A stretch of 62,965 nucleotides of DNA, counting the filler. It is 8 parts of 8 records of this genome, joined end to end, with 100 filler letters (N's around TTAATTAATTAA, not from the genome) between each part and the next. Parts side by side here need not be neighbours in the genome. Positions count along the whole stretch, not along the records: positions 46,236 to 55,065 come from SRR7504441_1440; positions 55,166 to 62,965 come from SRR7504441_1453; 6 more parts are not named here. One strand, written 5' to 3'. The notes below the pieces were generated by a model that saw nothing but the letters and a program-made list of their open reading frames with translations, had not been told where the DNA came from and did not search any database. The translations under genes were made by a program, and so were the position numbers. Positions 49,201 through 61,604 of this stretch are shown here, one piece after another (the first letter of the stretch is position 1; each line of letters starts with the position of its first letter).

Positions 49201-50126
49201 TACAGGCAGCTCCATGCCAAAAGTGCGGCCATACGGGGTTTGAAAAGCAGTACTCAATGCTACGACAGCCGCAGGTACTCGCGCTGCACCTCAAGCGGTT
49301 TGAGATCTACGGGGTTTACGCCACCAAAAACTCAGCACCGCTGCAGCTGCCAGACACACTTGATCTATCACCTTTGCTTGGATCTGATATGCTGGCGGAT
49401 CCGTGCTCGAGCTATAAGCTGGTGGCCATGTCGAATCACATAGGCACGCTGAATCATGGGCATTACACGGCCTCAATCAAGGTTGGTGAGGATTGGTACT
49501 TGTTTGATGACAACCGGACCAGCAAGCTTGAGGAGCCACCATGCAGCCGACCGGATAAGGAAGGCTACCTGCTTTTCTACCTCCGGGAGGACCTAGAGAA
49601 TAGCCCAGAGTTGGACTCGACCCAGGTGCCGGATTCGATGAAGAGCTCCAAATTGCAGCAGCCTGCCAGCAGTGCCAAGCCATCTGGCAATGCGAGCAGT
49701 GCCAAACCAGCTGATGATGCCAGTAGTACAAAGCCGTCAGTGCTCCAGAAGACGCCCTCTCAGTCAGTAGCAACTGCTACCGGTGAAACTAGGGTGATGG
49801 CCCGAGAGTACCTGAACAATGCTGGAGGTGATGTCGAGTTGGCCGTGAGTATGATCCAGTCGCTGCAAGTCGATGAGTCACCAGCCGAAAACCCACAAGT
49901 TCTAGCCCGCGCGGATTCAGCGATTGTATCAGAACGAACGGGTGTGATGAGACAGGAGGCGAGGGAGTTTCTAAATATGTGCGATGGGAATGTACAGCAA
50001 GCATGTGCGCTGATCAGAGACATGTATGGCGATGCTAGTGGATTTGATGGACCGGGATTCGACGGTCCCGATCATATGTATGGTGCTGGTGGGCTAGGCG
50101 GTGGCCCGGCCGACATGTGGGGATAG
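46253..50126 (+). CDS. Ubiquitin-specific protease (C19) with N-terminal DUSP and two C-terminal UBA-like domains (USP4/11/15-like)
   Basis: DUSP YVVSAKWW..WK...PGPVDN...DYVVLP..VW..LFDWYGGGP; GLKNLGNTCFMNSALQC, QHDSQEFL, HLKRF, NHIG...GHYTA, WYLFDD. Confidence 0.92.
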
Positions 50127-50334
50127 ATAGTTACCATAAAATTGAATGTCTAAGTTTGTAATGTTAATCACGTCTGTCACCCAACACTGAGCATACTAGC
50201 TCGAGTCGTACTTAGATCTAGATTATTGCAATGCTGGATTCAGTGTTCGGAAATTAATATGTGAACTTGAGTACCAGCTGTGACGCAGTCTGACGCGATA
50301 TTGCCCTGTGTAATGGTGCCATCCTCTGCACCTC

Positions 50335-51661
<1,327 letters not shown>

Positions 51662-51713
51662 TTTTCCAGGAGGCTCGCCGCGGGCCACGTCCGTTGGTTC
51701 CGCGAACTCAGCG

Positions 51714-53292
51714 ATGGTGATGCCGCCGGGCGGAGGGGGTCCAAACAGGCAACCCGCTGCGGTGCTGCCCAAACAGGCAAGCCGGGGGCGGGGCGATGGG
51801 GGCGACCGGGGGGCGGCAGGTTCTGGTCAAGGCCACCTCCGGGCGTACCATGGTGACCCGCGGCCCGGGCCGGTTTGAACCCGGGGCTCACACTGGGGGC
51901 GCAGCTGCTCGAGATCCCGTCGGACGCCTGGAACCAGAGCCGGCTCAAGGTGGATGCCATCGTCCGGCTGGTCGTCGACAGCGAGGGTGCGCCCCGCCTC
52001 TGGGCCGCCTCCGAGCCGCCCCAGGGATCCCGGCCGAGATGGTTCGGCTCTGCACCGGCACCCAGGAACTCCGGCCCGCCCAAAGCCTCAGCCCGGCGGA
52101 GGTGCTCCGGCGACCGGCTCGCGCTCACCCCTGCCGTTTGCTTGTAGGTGCGGGACCTGCCCACCGTGCGGATCCTGCTCGGCCTGGCCGGCGGAAAAGG
52201 TGCCCGGCCGCGGCTCGGCCGCCGCACAAACTGCGGGCAGGCGGGTTCGGCGCGATGCTGCGCAACCTGGGCAAGAACATTGACACGAAGAACATGAACT
52301 ACGACGCCTGCCGCGACCTCTCGGGGTGAGCGGTCAGGGCCGCTGCTGGGCTGAGCCTGTGGATGGCAGCCGGCGGCTGAGGCACGTCAACAATGACAAG
52401 AAGCTGCGTGACTGGCACCACCACCAAGCGGACCGGGAGAAGGAAGAGAAGAAGCAGCAGGACGAGGCCAAGGCCAAGCACCGGCTAGAGAAGCGCGATC
52501 TGCAGAGGGAGTTGATCAACGAGGCGGCGCACTCGCTAGTTGACGAGACAAACGAAGTCACCGAGGGGCTCAGCTCCGCGGTGATGCAAGGGCTCAAAGC
52601 CAGGAAGCGCAACCATAGCCAGCAAAGCGCTGAAGAGGCCGCGCCGGAGCCAGCCGCTGAGCTAGCCGCTGAGCCAGCCGCTGAGCCGGAACAACCTGCC
52701 AAGAAGCCAAAGATTGAGGAAAATGCCTCGCAGGCGGAGGTAGAAATAGTGGCGCCTTTTGAGCAAGCTGTGACGGCAATGGACAGGCGCCGGCTGCTGC
52801 CGAGGAGGAGCCAGACAAAGCTGCCGCTGAGGAGCCATCCGGGGGGGTGAGCGACTGGAGCAGTGCGGGCCTCTCAGCTGGGCCTCCAGGTGAAGAGGCC
52901 ACGGGAGGAGGAGCCCGCGCAGGAAGCGATGGATCTGCAACAGCTAGATAGTTTGCAAGCGGTAGAAGAGCTAGGTGCGTGCGCCTCCAAGCCACGAGAA
53001 AGCTTGCCAGGCCATGATTTGAGAGCCCGGCACAGGTCTGGAGAAGCTGGCGGTAGAGTGCCGGCTCCGCGGGCTCAAGGCAGGCGGCACAGCGGCCGAG
53101 CGAGCAAAGCGGTGCGTGCAGATTGCCTTTGAATGGCAACTTGCCTAGCAGTCATGTAGGTCCTCAGCCAGCCCCTGACCGTGTGTTTGCAGGCTGTGGA
53201 TAGTGCGCGGTCCCCCAGAGCTGAGCGGCGACCAAATCCCTCGCAAGCTGCGTGGGGCTAACAAGGTAGCAGCAGCCCTGGCAGCCGTGTGA
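51714..53292 (+). CDS. SDE2: Splicing/replication-stress regulator SDE2 (Ubl-GGKGG, SAP-like C-terminus)
   Basis: LAGGKG|GFGAMLR...NYDACRDLSG|RRLRHVN...KLRDW; C-terminal LEKL..ECRLRGLKAGGT..ERAKRLW. Confidence 0.9.
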
Positions 53293-53681
53293 TCGTGGTG
53301 CAGGCCAAGTGAGCCAATCTCCGGCCAGAACAGAGCCATGCTCTTCGTTTGTGTATAGAGGCGTGCCGGCAACTTGGAGCGCTGGTCATGGGATTACATA
53401 GGAAAACCAAACAGCCTGATGGAACGATGCCACCGGGCGCAAAGACCTATTTAGACATTGTTGGCTTTTAATTAGCCACAAGCTTACGTACGTGAATCAA
53501 TCTTCCCACCGGATGGAACTTGTAAAGCATGTATTATATGCGCCTCAAATTCGCTTATGTAAGGACAGTGACGGTGCTGCGAATTCCAGATCATTTATAT
53601 ATACATGTACGCAAGCTCACGGGTTAGCCTCTTGTCGGGTGCGCAGCGCGCGTTCGTTCTGGCGATCTGGCGACAGTTAGC

Positions 53682-54962
53682 ATGTCTGAGGGTGCAGCCG
53701 GCGAGGGCGACGTTGACCGGTTAGCCCGGGACTTGCGCAGAGTGGCGTCGGATGTCTCGTCGGACGGCTTGCCGAGTGGCCGGGATGAGGTGCTGGCAGG
53801 GCTCGCTTCGGTGGGGGAGATGCAGTCAGATGACCCGCTTTTCAAGCACGGTCGGGCCTATGCTGGGCCCCTCGAGGCGCCCCGGTGCACCTGGGAAAGC
53901 GACAAGCCACCCAGGGACGATCACAGCTGCCCGGGCTGGCTGACCGCGTCAGAGTTCGAGGACGGTTCCGAGGCGGGGGCCGCCAAGCTGCGGCAGATGG
54001 TCAGCCTGCTCGAGGCCTCCCGGTACACTCTGCTCTACACGGGAGCTGGTATCAGCGCGAGCGTGGTCGGACAAGCGGCCCGATCCGGGAACATCACGGT
54101 CGGTTTTGAGAGGACCGACCTGATGGCCGTGAAACCCACGCCGACCCACAAGGCGCTGGCGGCGCTCGGCAAGGCGGGGCTGATCCACTCGTGGCTGCAG
54201 CAGAACCATGATGGCTTGCCCCAGAAGGCTGGATTCCCGCAGGAACTGATAAACGAGATCCACGGCAGCTGGTTTGATCCTGGGAATCCAGTGGTCAAGT
54301 ACAATGGGACGCTGCACGAGCGGGCGTACCCGTGGATGGAGGAGCAGTTTGCACAGGCCGACCTGGTGCTGGTGATTGGCACTTCGCTGGGCGGGCTCAC
54401 GGCCGACGGGGTGGTGGAGACAGTCGCTCACCGGTCTATGGCCGGCACATCGTTGGGTGCTATCACTATCAACCTGCAGCAGACGCCGATGGATGGATTA
54501 ATGAGCCTCCGGATGTTTGGCAAATCGGACGATGTGCTCAGCAGGCTGATTGCCCAGCTCGGAATGGGCAGGCTGCCCACCAGACTGCCACGGTGGCCGA
54601 CTGACGCCGCGCTGGTCCCTTATGACAAGGACGGGCGGCTGGTGGCTGACGGCGCAAAGCGGATGTGGCTGGACCTGTCGGACCGGCAGAAGGTGCGGCT
54701 GACCCCGGGCCACAATATACAGGGGTCCAAGCAATCGCAGTATAGGCACATTGGGGCTCAGAAACGGGTGACCCGCGATGGAGTGACTCGGCCGGCCGGC
54801 TACTTCAAGGGAGATGGCACTGTGATGCGAAGAGAGGAGTTTCACTGGCTTTTGACTATTGAAGGCGTACAGATGCGCCTTGGAATTTGGTGGCTCGATG
54901 TGGCCATCCGAGGGGCTGTGGACGTCCTTCCCCTTGTCAACAAGGTCCCGAGGTTCGAGTGA
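53682..54962 (+). CDS. Divergent sirtuin (SIR2 family, class-IV-like) lacking the Zn-binding module; intronless
   Basis: YTGAGISAS, PTPTH.AL, QQNHDGLPQKAG, NEIHG, ADLVLVIGTSL, INLQQTPMD. Confidence 0.85.
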   Translation: MSEGAAGEGDVDRLARDLRRVASDVSSDGLPSGRDEVLAGLASVGEMQSDDPLFKHGRAYAGPLEAPRCTWESDKPPRDDHSCPGWLTASEFEDGSEAGAAKLRQMVSLLEASRYTLLYTGAGISASVVGQAARSGNITVGFERTDLMAVKPTPTHKALAALGKAGLIHSWLQQNHDGLPQKAGFPQELINEIHGSWFDPGNPVVKYNGTLHERAYPWMEEQFAQADLVLVIGTSLGGLTADGVVETVAHRSMAGTSLGAITINLQQTPMDGLMSLRMFGKSDDVLSRLIAQLGMGRLPTRLPRWPTDAALVPYDKDGRLVADGAKRMWLDLSDRQKVRLTPGHNIQGSKQSQYRHIGAQKRVTRDGVTRPAGYFKGDGTVMRREEFHWLLTIEGVQMRLGIWWLDVAIRGAVDVLPLVNKVPRFE

Positions 54963-55065
54963 GATCTTTATCAAAACTGTAGTCTTTCGCTAGTCTTGCG
55001 CAGGGTGACCTCGTGTTGCCTCAACTCTTTCAGATACAGAGACTCAAATCACTTTATTGACGATT

Positions 55066-55165
55066 NNNNNNNNNNNNNNNNNNNNNNNNNNNNNNNNNNN
55101 NNNNNNNNNTTAATTAATTAANNNNNNNNNNNNNNNNNNNNNNNNNNNNNNNNNNNNNNNNNNNN
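55066..55165. other. Artificial contig linker
   Basis: N-TTAATTAATTAA-N. Confidence 0.98.
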
Positions 55166-57265
55166 CTTGCCTGGTCAAAGATGGCGACTCCCGTCCTGCA
55201 GGCCTGCACCTCTTGCGCCACACTGCTGAACGACCCACCCCATCCGAACGTGCACTCGTCCTCAATCAGGCCGAGATACTCGGACGGCTGCTTCTCTGGC
55301 GCCACGATGTCCAGCCCACTCACAGCCCCCTGCTCGTGATAAGCTCCATACCAATCATACTTCTGCGGCGGCTCGGCCTGGCTGTCACTCACAAACCAGC
55401 CTGGCCGCTCGAACCCATGTCGGCCCTGGAACACGCAACCAGCTGCCAGCAGTTTATTATACAGCGGAGACCGACGGACTCCTCGCCCGGCTAGATGCTC
55501 GTCGTGGGGGAACACAATGGCGTAGGTCTTGGCGTACGATTCGTGCGAGGAGTGGTTGATCCAGTCCTGGTTCTTGGTGCACTCGGGGTGGAACCTGGCA
55601 ACATCCATCATGAACAGATCCTTCTCAGGAGCCCCTTGCGTGATCCACACCGCCAGCTGCTGCCCGACACCTCCGCCAAGCATCATCCCCATAGAATTAA
55701 ACCCGGTGCAATGCCACAGTCCATTCAGCGCCGGGTCGGGCCCCACAAGTGGCAGGTGGTCAGGTGTGAACGCCTCTGGCCCGCAAATTGTTGCTTTGAT
55801 CCCTGCCTCGGCACTCAAAGGACACCGAGCCAAATGGCCTTCGTAGTTCTGAGCAAATGTGTCGAAATCGAGATCGAACAGCCCGAAAGCGAACCCGGGG
55901 TCCACCTGCCATCCTGAGGCTTCAGCGGGCTCAAATCAAGCAGAGTAGCTTACTTCAGGCCAAAACTCTGGGTTACGCTCGTACCCTCCAAGCGCCCTGC
56001 AACCGGTGAGTCCATCGGCCAGTTGGAGGCGGCACATCGAGTCGCCCTGGGTCTTGAGGTAGACGGAAAGGTCGTGGTCGCGAACATTCGGCAAGTCTGC
56101 GTGCATCCCCTGCGACCGCTCGTATCGGCGGCATGCAGGCTTTACCTCCAGTGATTCTGTGAGTACCATCGCGTGCTTCATGGCCACCTGACCCGGGATC
56201 GGTCACGCCCCCGGCCCAGATGCCACCAGCGGCAGCCTGCGCGTGCCTGCCATCTCCGGGATCTCATTCGCCCACGCCCCGGCTGCATTCACCACCACCT
56301 GCGCCCACAGCTCGGCCCGCCAGCCCCGGCCCAGCCCGCCTGGGTCTCCATCCGCTGCCCGTCCTCAGTGATCACCGCGCAGATCCGGCCATCCGACCCG
56401 AATTCAAACCTGCCACCGCTCGGACAGGCCTGACCTCAACCCAATTGGAAGGGCACCCAGACACTGCAGTCTGCTCCGCAATCCGAGCGCCCTTCTCCTT
56501 GGCCGCCCGGGCGTACGCGCTCACAATCCCAGTGGGGTCGATCGACCCGTCGCTCGGCGAGTATAGAGCGCCTGAGTCGCACGGTGAGCACACTAGTCGC
56601 GGCGGCGGCGGTATGCCTGTGATGTCTTCTGTCGATAGGAGCGGGTGAACGTCGTTCACTTGGCCCGGGGCCAAGATGTGACTCTCAATCCCGTAGTACT
56701 TGCCCAGCTCAGACAGCCGGCGATACTCATTCAGCCGCTCCTGCCCCAGGCTCGCCCCGGGTCCGGCCCGGCACGACGCCTCGGTGCAGGCTATGAAAAG
56801 TCCGCCGTTCTCTCTCCAGGTCCCGAACCTGCCATAATCGACCAGGTGCCTAACCGGTGCGACACCCGGTGCTCTGCTGCAGCTCGATGCACTTCTCGCG
56901 CGTGTAGCTGTGCAGCTCGACAGAGACGTGCGACGGCCGGAGCCGCCAGAGCATGCCGGCTGAGTGCCAGGTGGTGCCGGCGGTGAGGTTGTGCCGCTCA
57001 AGCAGGACGGTGGACACCCCGGCCTGCTGCAGGTGGTACGTCACGCTCGCGCCTGCCCCGCCGCTCCGCCGCAGCCGGGCCCGCAGCACCGAGAGAGCCG
57101 CCCCCGATCACAACCGCGTCGGCACTGGCCGGCAGCCTGCATCGGAGGGCTCAGCGCTCGGCTGCTGGGCGAGGGGGCGCACTGGGGCGGGGCGGCATAG
57201 CTCCGCGCGGCGCTGGCCGCCCGACGAGGCCGACGAGGCCGAGAGAAGCCCAGCCGCCTCAGCAT
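55166..57265 (-). CDS. SARDH: Mitochondrial sarcosine dehydrogenase (GcvT/DAO family), 3' truncated, ~11 introns
   Basis: Arg-rich transit peptide; [72 protein letters not shown]. Confidence 0.9.
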
Positions 57266-57635
57266 GTTGCCGGCTTGAGATGCGGCGACGTCTGTTCCAC
57301 AATCGAGCGGCTCTCATAGTCCGACGGCTTTTGTGGCTCCACGTGGCTCTGATTGTGACTCTAATTGTGGCATGCTGATGGGCTGACGGGACAAGCACAC
57401 GCCCCCACCGTAAGGTCCTATCCGCGGGTACGAGGATAGACGGTCAGATCTAATCACTGGATTCGCATTCAAGCAAGAAAACCGCATCTTTACTGATTTT
57501 ATATGTCGGAGTCAGTCGGACCGTCTTGAGGTTTAGAGTTGGTCCCTTAATGTTGATCAACGAAGCCATTTGGACCTAGTACCAACCCTCTGTATGAAAT
57601 TGTATTATTGTACAGTGTCTTTTCACGCGGCTTGG

Positions 57636-58245
57636 TCAGAAGGCAAGGTTGTTGTACCGCCGGAGGAAGCTGTGTCGGATGTTGTCCTTGGTGTCGGCCT
57701 GCGCCGCACGGCCGTGCAGGAACTCGTAGCCTTTGGCCGTGTGCGCGTCCATTCCGTTGCGCTGGGCGATGTAGCTCATATCCCGCATCCGAGTGTCCCG
57801 CACCACGTTTGCCGCGGACAGGTCGTTGGCCGCCTGCCCCCCATTGAGCCCTGGGGTGCCGGCCCCGGCCACCTTGAGCGCGACCACGTGCCGGGCCATG
57901 GCCGATTCGATGTTGGCCTTGCCGTCGGGGCAGGATGTCCGTTGGTGCAGGAACCCGAACCCGTTGGCCTTGCTCGGCTCCATCCCCTGTCCTTGGGCGA
58001 TCTCGACCAGATCCTGCGGCCGCCGCCTGAGCATGCGAATGGGAGGGGGGGGGGGCGTAGGGGGAGAGTGTCATGATGCGGGGAGGGGTTGCCTGCATGG
58101 CGAGGGTCTTGGCCTTTTTTATGGTGAGCTCCTTGGAGGAAGCCTGGGGGAAGAGTTTGGCGTACTTCTTGTTGGCGGGTATCGCCGGTCGGACCAGCGC
58201 TTGCGCGGAGGAAGCATGGCGGACCAGCGCTAGACGCCCCGACAT
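57636..58245 (-). CDS. Small hypothetical protein with an internal repeat (G.E...A.GF.FLH.R twice), possibly mitochondrial
   Basis: MSGRLALVRHASSA start; a GC-AG intron at 58014-58092 joins it to DLVEIAQ...; repeat GMEPSKANGFGFLHQR / GMDAHTAKGYEFLHGR. Confidence 0.55.
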
Positions 58246-58404
58246 GCTACTTCCACCCGGGGATCTGCAAGGATCGAGCCGCTCCTCCTCAGGGTGGTGG
58301 TCCTCCTCTGCCTGTTCCTTTGCTTGACAGCCCACGAACCTTCCAAGCAGCTTGGCCAGCTGCAGCTGCTGCCAACGGAATCATAACGGACGCGATCCCT
58401 CAGG

Positions 58405-59497
58405 ATGCAGAAGCAGCTCCTTCTCCTTGTGGCTCTCGTCGGCGTGCTGTCGGCCCGCGGCTGCGACGTGGGCTATGACTTTGGTCCGTGGCGGTCGGCC
58501 GAGGCCACGGCGCTCTCAGTCAGGCTCACCTGGTGCCGCAGCGGGCGGCGGAGGGCTCACTGGGGACACAGGTGGACTGTGCAGCCTCAGCCCAAGGCCA
58601 ACGTGTACTTGTCCACCGCCACCGGCACCGCGTGCAACTCGGGCTACTTCGGGGCCCAGTACCACCCGACCTCCCAGTCCGTCCTCTTCTCGATGTGGGA
58701 CAACCCGCAGAGGGTTGGGCTGCAGAACCACAGCCAGTTCAAATTTCAGGCCCTCCCCGCCGGCGGTGCCGTGAGCGGGCCAGCCCGGGTGCTCACGCGG
58801 GCCAGGTAATTGCTGGCGGAACGCACTGGACGCCTCGGGCAAGTCGACCGGTGTGCAGTGCGGCCAGCCCTGGCCGCACAACCAGTCTGCCAGTCAGAAC
58901 ATCAGCCTTCAGCTCGGGGTGCCCTACGAGTTTCGGATGGAAATGACATACACCAACGCGTCCGGAGCGCTGTGGGAGGTGAGCATGCACGATCCGACCA
59001 ACGGACACTCCACCTCGGTCGGAAAGATCTTCTTTGTGGACCTGCCTCTCGGGCTTCCGACCAGCTGCCGCGCACTCGGGCAGTCGCAGAGCCCGCCGAC
59101 CCCGGGGCTGTCCTCGTATACATTCTTGGAGTACTACAGCCCGCCGTTCGATTACACCACGGTGGCCAGCTGGAGCAACTTTACCGCGTTTTCAGCCAAC
59201 GGGACCGAGTACCGGCCTCGGGATATCGTACAGGACTGCTGCGGTCGGACTTATGGCCGGCCACCCACCGGCGGATTCCTGGACACCTCGCGCCGCTGCC
59301 TGCCGCCCGAGTGTGACCAGCTCGAGCTGACGTTGATGTGCGGTCCGTATGTGCAGCCGTCCAAGTCGGCTCTTGCGGCCAACCCAAGCTGTCTCAAGCT
59401 GCCGCCGGCCGGGCAGCTGGGCGGAGCCCGCAGGATGGACGACTGCTGGGCGAACGGCCCGCCTGCCTCGCTCGATCAGTGCTTCGCTCGACAGTGA
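58405..59497 (+). CDS. Secreted Cys-containing protein, DUF3472-like
   Basis: Signal peptide MQKQLLLLVALVGVLSARG; SGYFGAQ...VLFSMWD; C.....G..TGVQC; SYTFLEYY; one or two mini-introns. Confidence 0.6.
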
Positions 59498-59868
59498 TTC
59501 CTAGTATTGAGGTAGAGCTACGTACACATTATATAGATAGTCGCGTAGTCGCAAGGCACTGATGCGACTGATGACTCGAGGACAATCGGTGATATATCGG
59601 TGATCATGATAGGCGTCGATGATAGGCGATTGTGTAGAAAATTTAGCCGATGGTTTGTGAAAATGTCAACGATAACTGTTGTAAACGGTGGCGCGACGCG
59701 TTCAACCGTTGTAATTCTATACTGGTACTGATATAAAGAGCTCTAATATTATAGCTAGCGGTTATTGCTGGCTACATGTACATCTCGGGCAGATCAGAAG
59801 GAATCATGTAGCCATAATTCCTGCAATAATGCAACCTGTTGTAGGGCACCGGCTGCCACCATCCGAAC

Positions 59869-60347
59869 TCAGCACCTAGCCGCGGCCCAGGCACGCACCC
59901 TATCCCACGCCGCGTGGATTCGCTGCACTAGGGCGGCCACCCGCGTGTTTGGGCTCGCGTAGATCGCTTCCACGTCCATCGCCTCCCTCACCGGAGGCTG
60001 CATTCGGGATAGCCCCAGTCCCAGCCCCAGCCCGCCTGGGCTCCCTATCCGGGACTCGATCAGCATCCGAGTGCCGGCCACGCGCCGTCGATTGGCAGCT
60101 TCCTGGATCTGCCCTCAGGCTCAGCCAGCGACGCCCTCCAGCTAGCCACCCGGTGCTTCTGCCTGCGCCGGTCCGCAGCCGCGCGACAGGGGAGCGCCTT
60201 GCCCTGCTTGGGCTTTGGGGGCGCCTGTGTCCGGCTGGGTGGGCCGGTTGGCTGGGTCATCTCGGTGGGGGCGGTCGGTCCCAGCCCCGGGGGCACCCTT
60301 GGAGGGCCGCTGACGGCCGGCGGGGGCCCGGTGCGCGGCCGCTGCAT
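59869..60347 (-). CDS. Hypothetical protein (start 60347, or 60425)
   Basis: Typical mini-intron 60109-60149 (GT...CTGA...GGCAG) joins ...RRRQKHR to IQEAANRRR...AAARC*. Confidence 0.45.
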
Positions 60348-60423
60348 CTCTACCGCTCCTTCTTCGCCAACCGACAGCCAGTGGCCGCCAATAGCAACGT
60401 GCCGGGGGGCCCAGTCATAGGCC

Positions 60424-61423
60424 ATGGATCCGCCCAAGATGGTCCGCCGGTCAAAGCGGCTGAGGGAGCAGCCAGCCGTCTCGCCCGAGTGCAAGCGCCC
60501 CCGGGCCCGCAAGCGCGCCAGCTCGCCCCGCGCCCCGCGCAAGGGCCCGAGCCCCAGTCTGTCGCTCTCGGGCAACAAGTCCCGCAGCCTCTCGTGCTCG
60601 CAGACCGCCATGTCCCGCCGGGCCAACCCAGGGCCCAAGGTCGACCCGGTCTGCCCGCTGAGCGCGCTCTGTGGAGACGCCACCGTAGCCGGGCCCCAAG
60701 ACGACGACGAGGACGGCCGGGCCTGGAGCGTTACGCTGCAGGACCGGGCGGCTACCGAGTGAGTGCCGCAACCGGGGCGGCTGACCGGTCACAGGTTTAC
60801 GATTATGCAAGTGCTTGAAGACTTGCTGTGCAACCCGCCCCGATACTACTTCTGGACTCGGTGGACGGTTGGCCGCGCCCGGGCTCACAGCTGGGGTGCA
60901 GAGTGGGGTGCTTTGGGGAGAAGCGGGCCAAGGGCACGCACCATCGGCATGATAGCCTAGAGGCTGCCGTCGCAAGCTTCGCACAGTCCTACAAGGAGAA
61001 GGCCGGTGTGGACTGGCCGGAGAAGCCTTCGTTTGATGGCGAGGTGCTGCACAATAGTTACAAAGCGGAACGACGCCCCAGCCCGCGCCGTAAGTTCACT
61101 AGCCCACGTGATGGAGGAAAGAAGTCGGCGGTGACTGAAGAGGAGGAAACGGAGTACTACGGGTGCAGCGCCCCCGAGTCGGATGATTGGGATGGCTTGA
61201 TGAAGGTAGAGCTCTGGGCCGCGCTGGGCTGAAGTAATCGTTGTTGCAGTTGTACGCCAAGCCCAAAAATATCAAGGTGACTGTGCTGCGGGATTGCGGC
61301 CGGGTGAAGCTCAAGAAGGGGAGTGTTGTGCTCAAGGAGCACACCATCCACTTTCTGGCGCGGGAGCCTTTGCTAGAGAAGCTGGTGAAAGAGGGGGCTC
61401 TCAAGGAGCACTTTGACGACTAG
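60424..61423 (+). CDS. Basic N-terminus, WGR-like domain and GINS Psf1 C-terminal (B) domain fusion; three introns
   Basis: VDPVCP...WSVTLQD...FTIMQVL...YYFWTRVG..G...SLEAAVASFAQSYKEKAGVDW; PKNIKVTVLRDCGRV...GSVVLKEHTIHFL....EKLVKEGALKEH. Introns 60759-60794, 60860-60901, 61206-61249. Confidence 0.75.
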
Positions 61424-61604
61424 CGGGCTCGCACACTTGGGCTAGACCACACAAATTGTTCAGCCTTTTGTATTATTAGCGTAACACACAATCGTATTTA
61501 ATTAAATCACAGACGTACCGTACTCCATAATAATTATTATATAGCTTTGTATGTGCACAGCCAACGATTCGCTTGCACAGCCAATTAGCATCATAGAATT
61601 AGAA

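Noticed and set aside
59581-59635. Short duplications ATCGGTGAT x2 and ATGATAGGCG x2 in intergenic DNA
   Set aside because: Tiny local duplications in a 3' intergenic region with no evidence of function.
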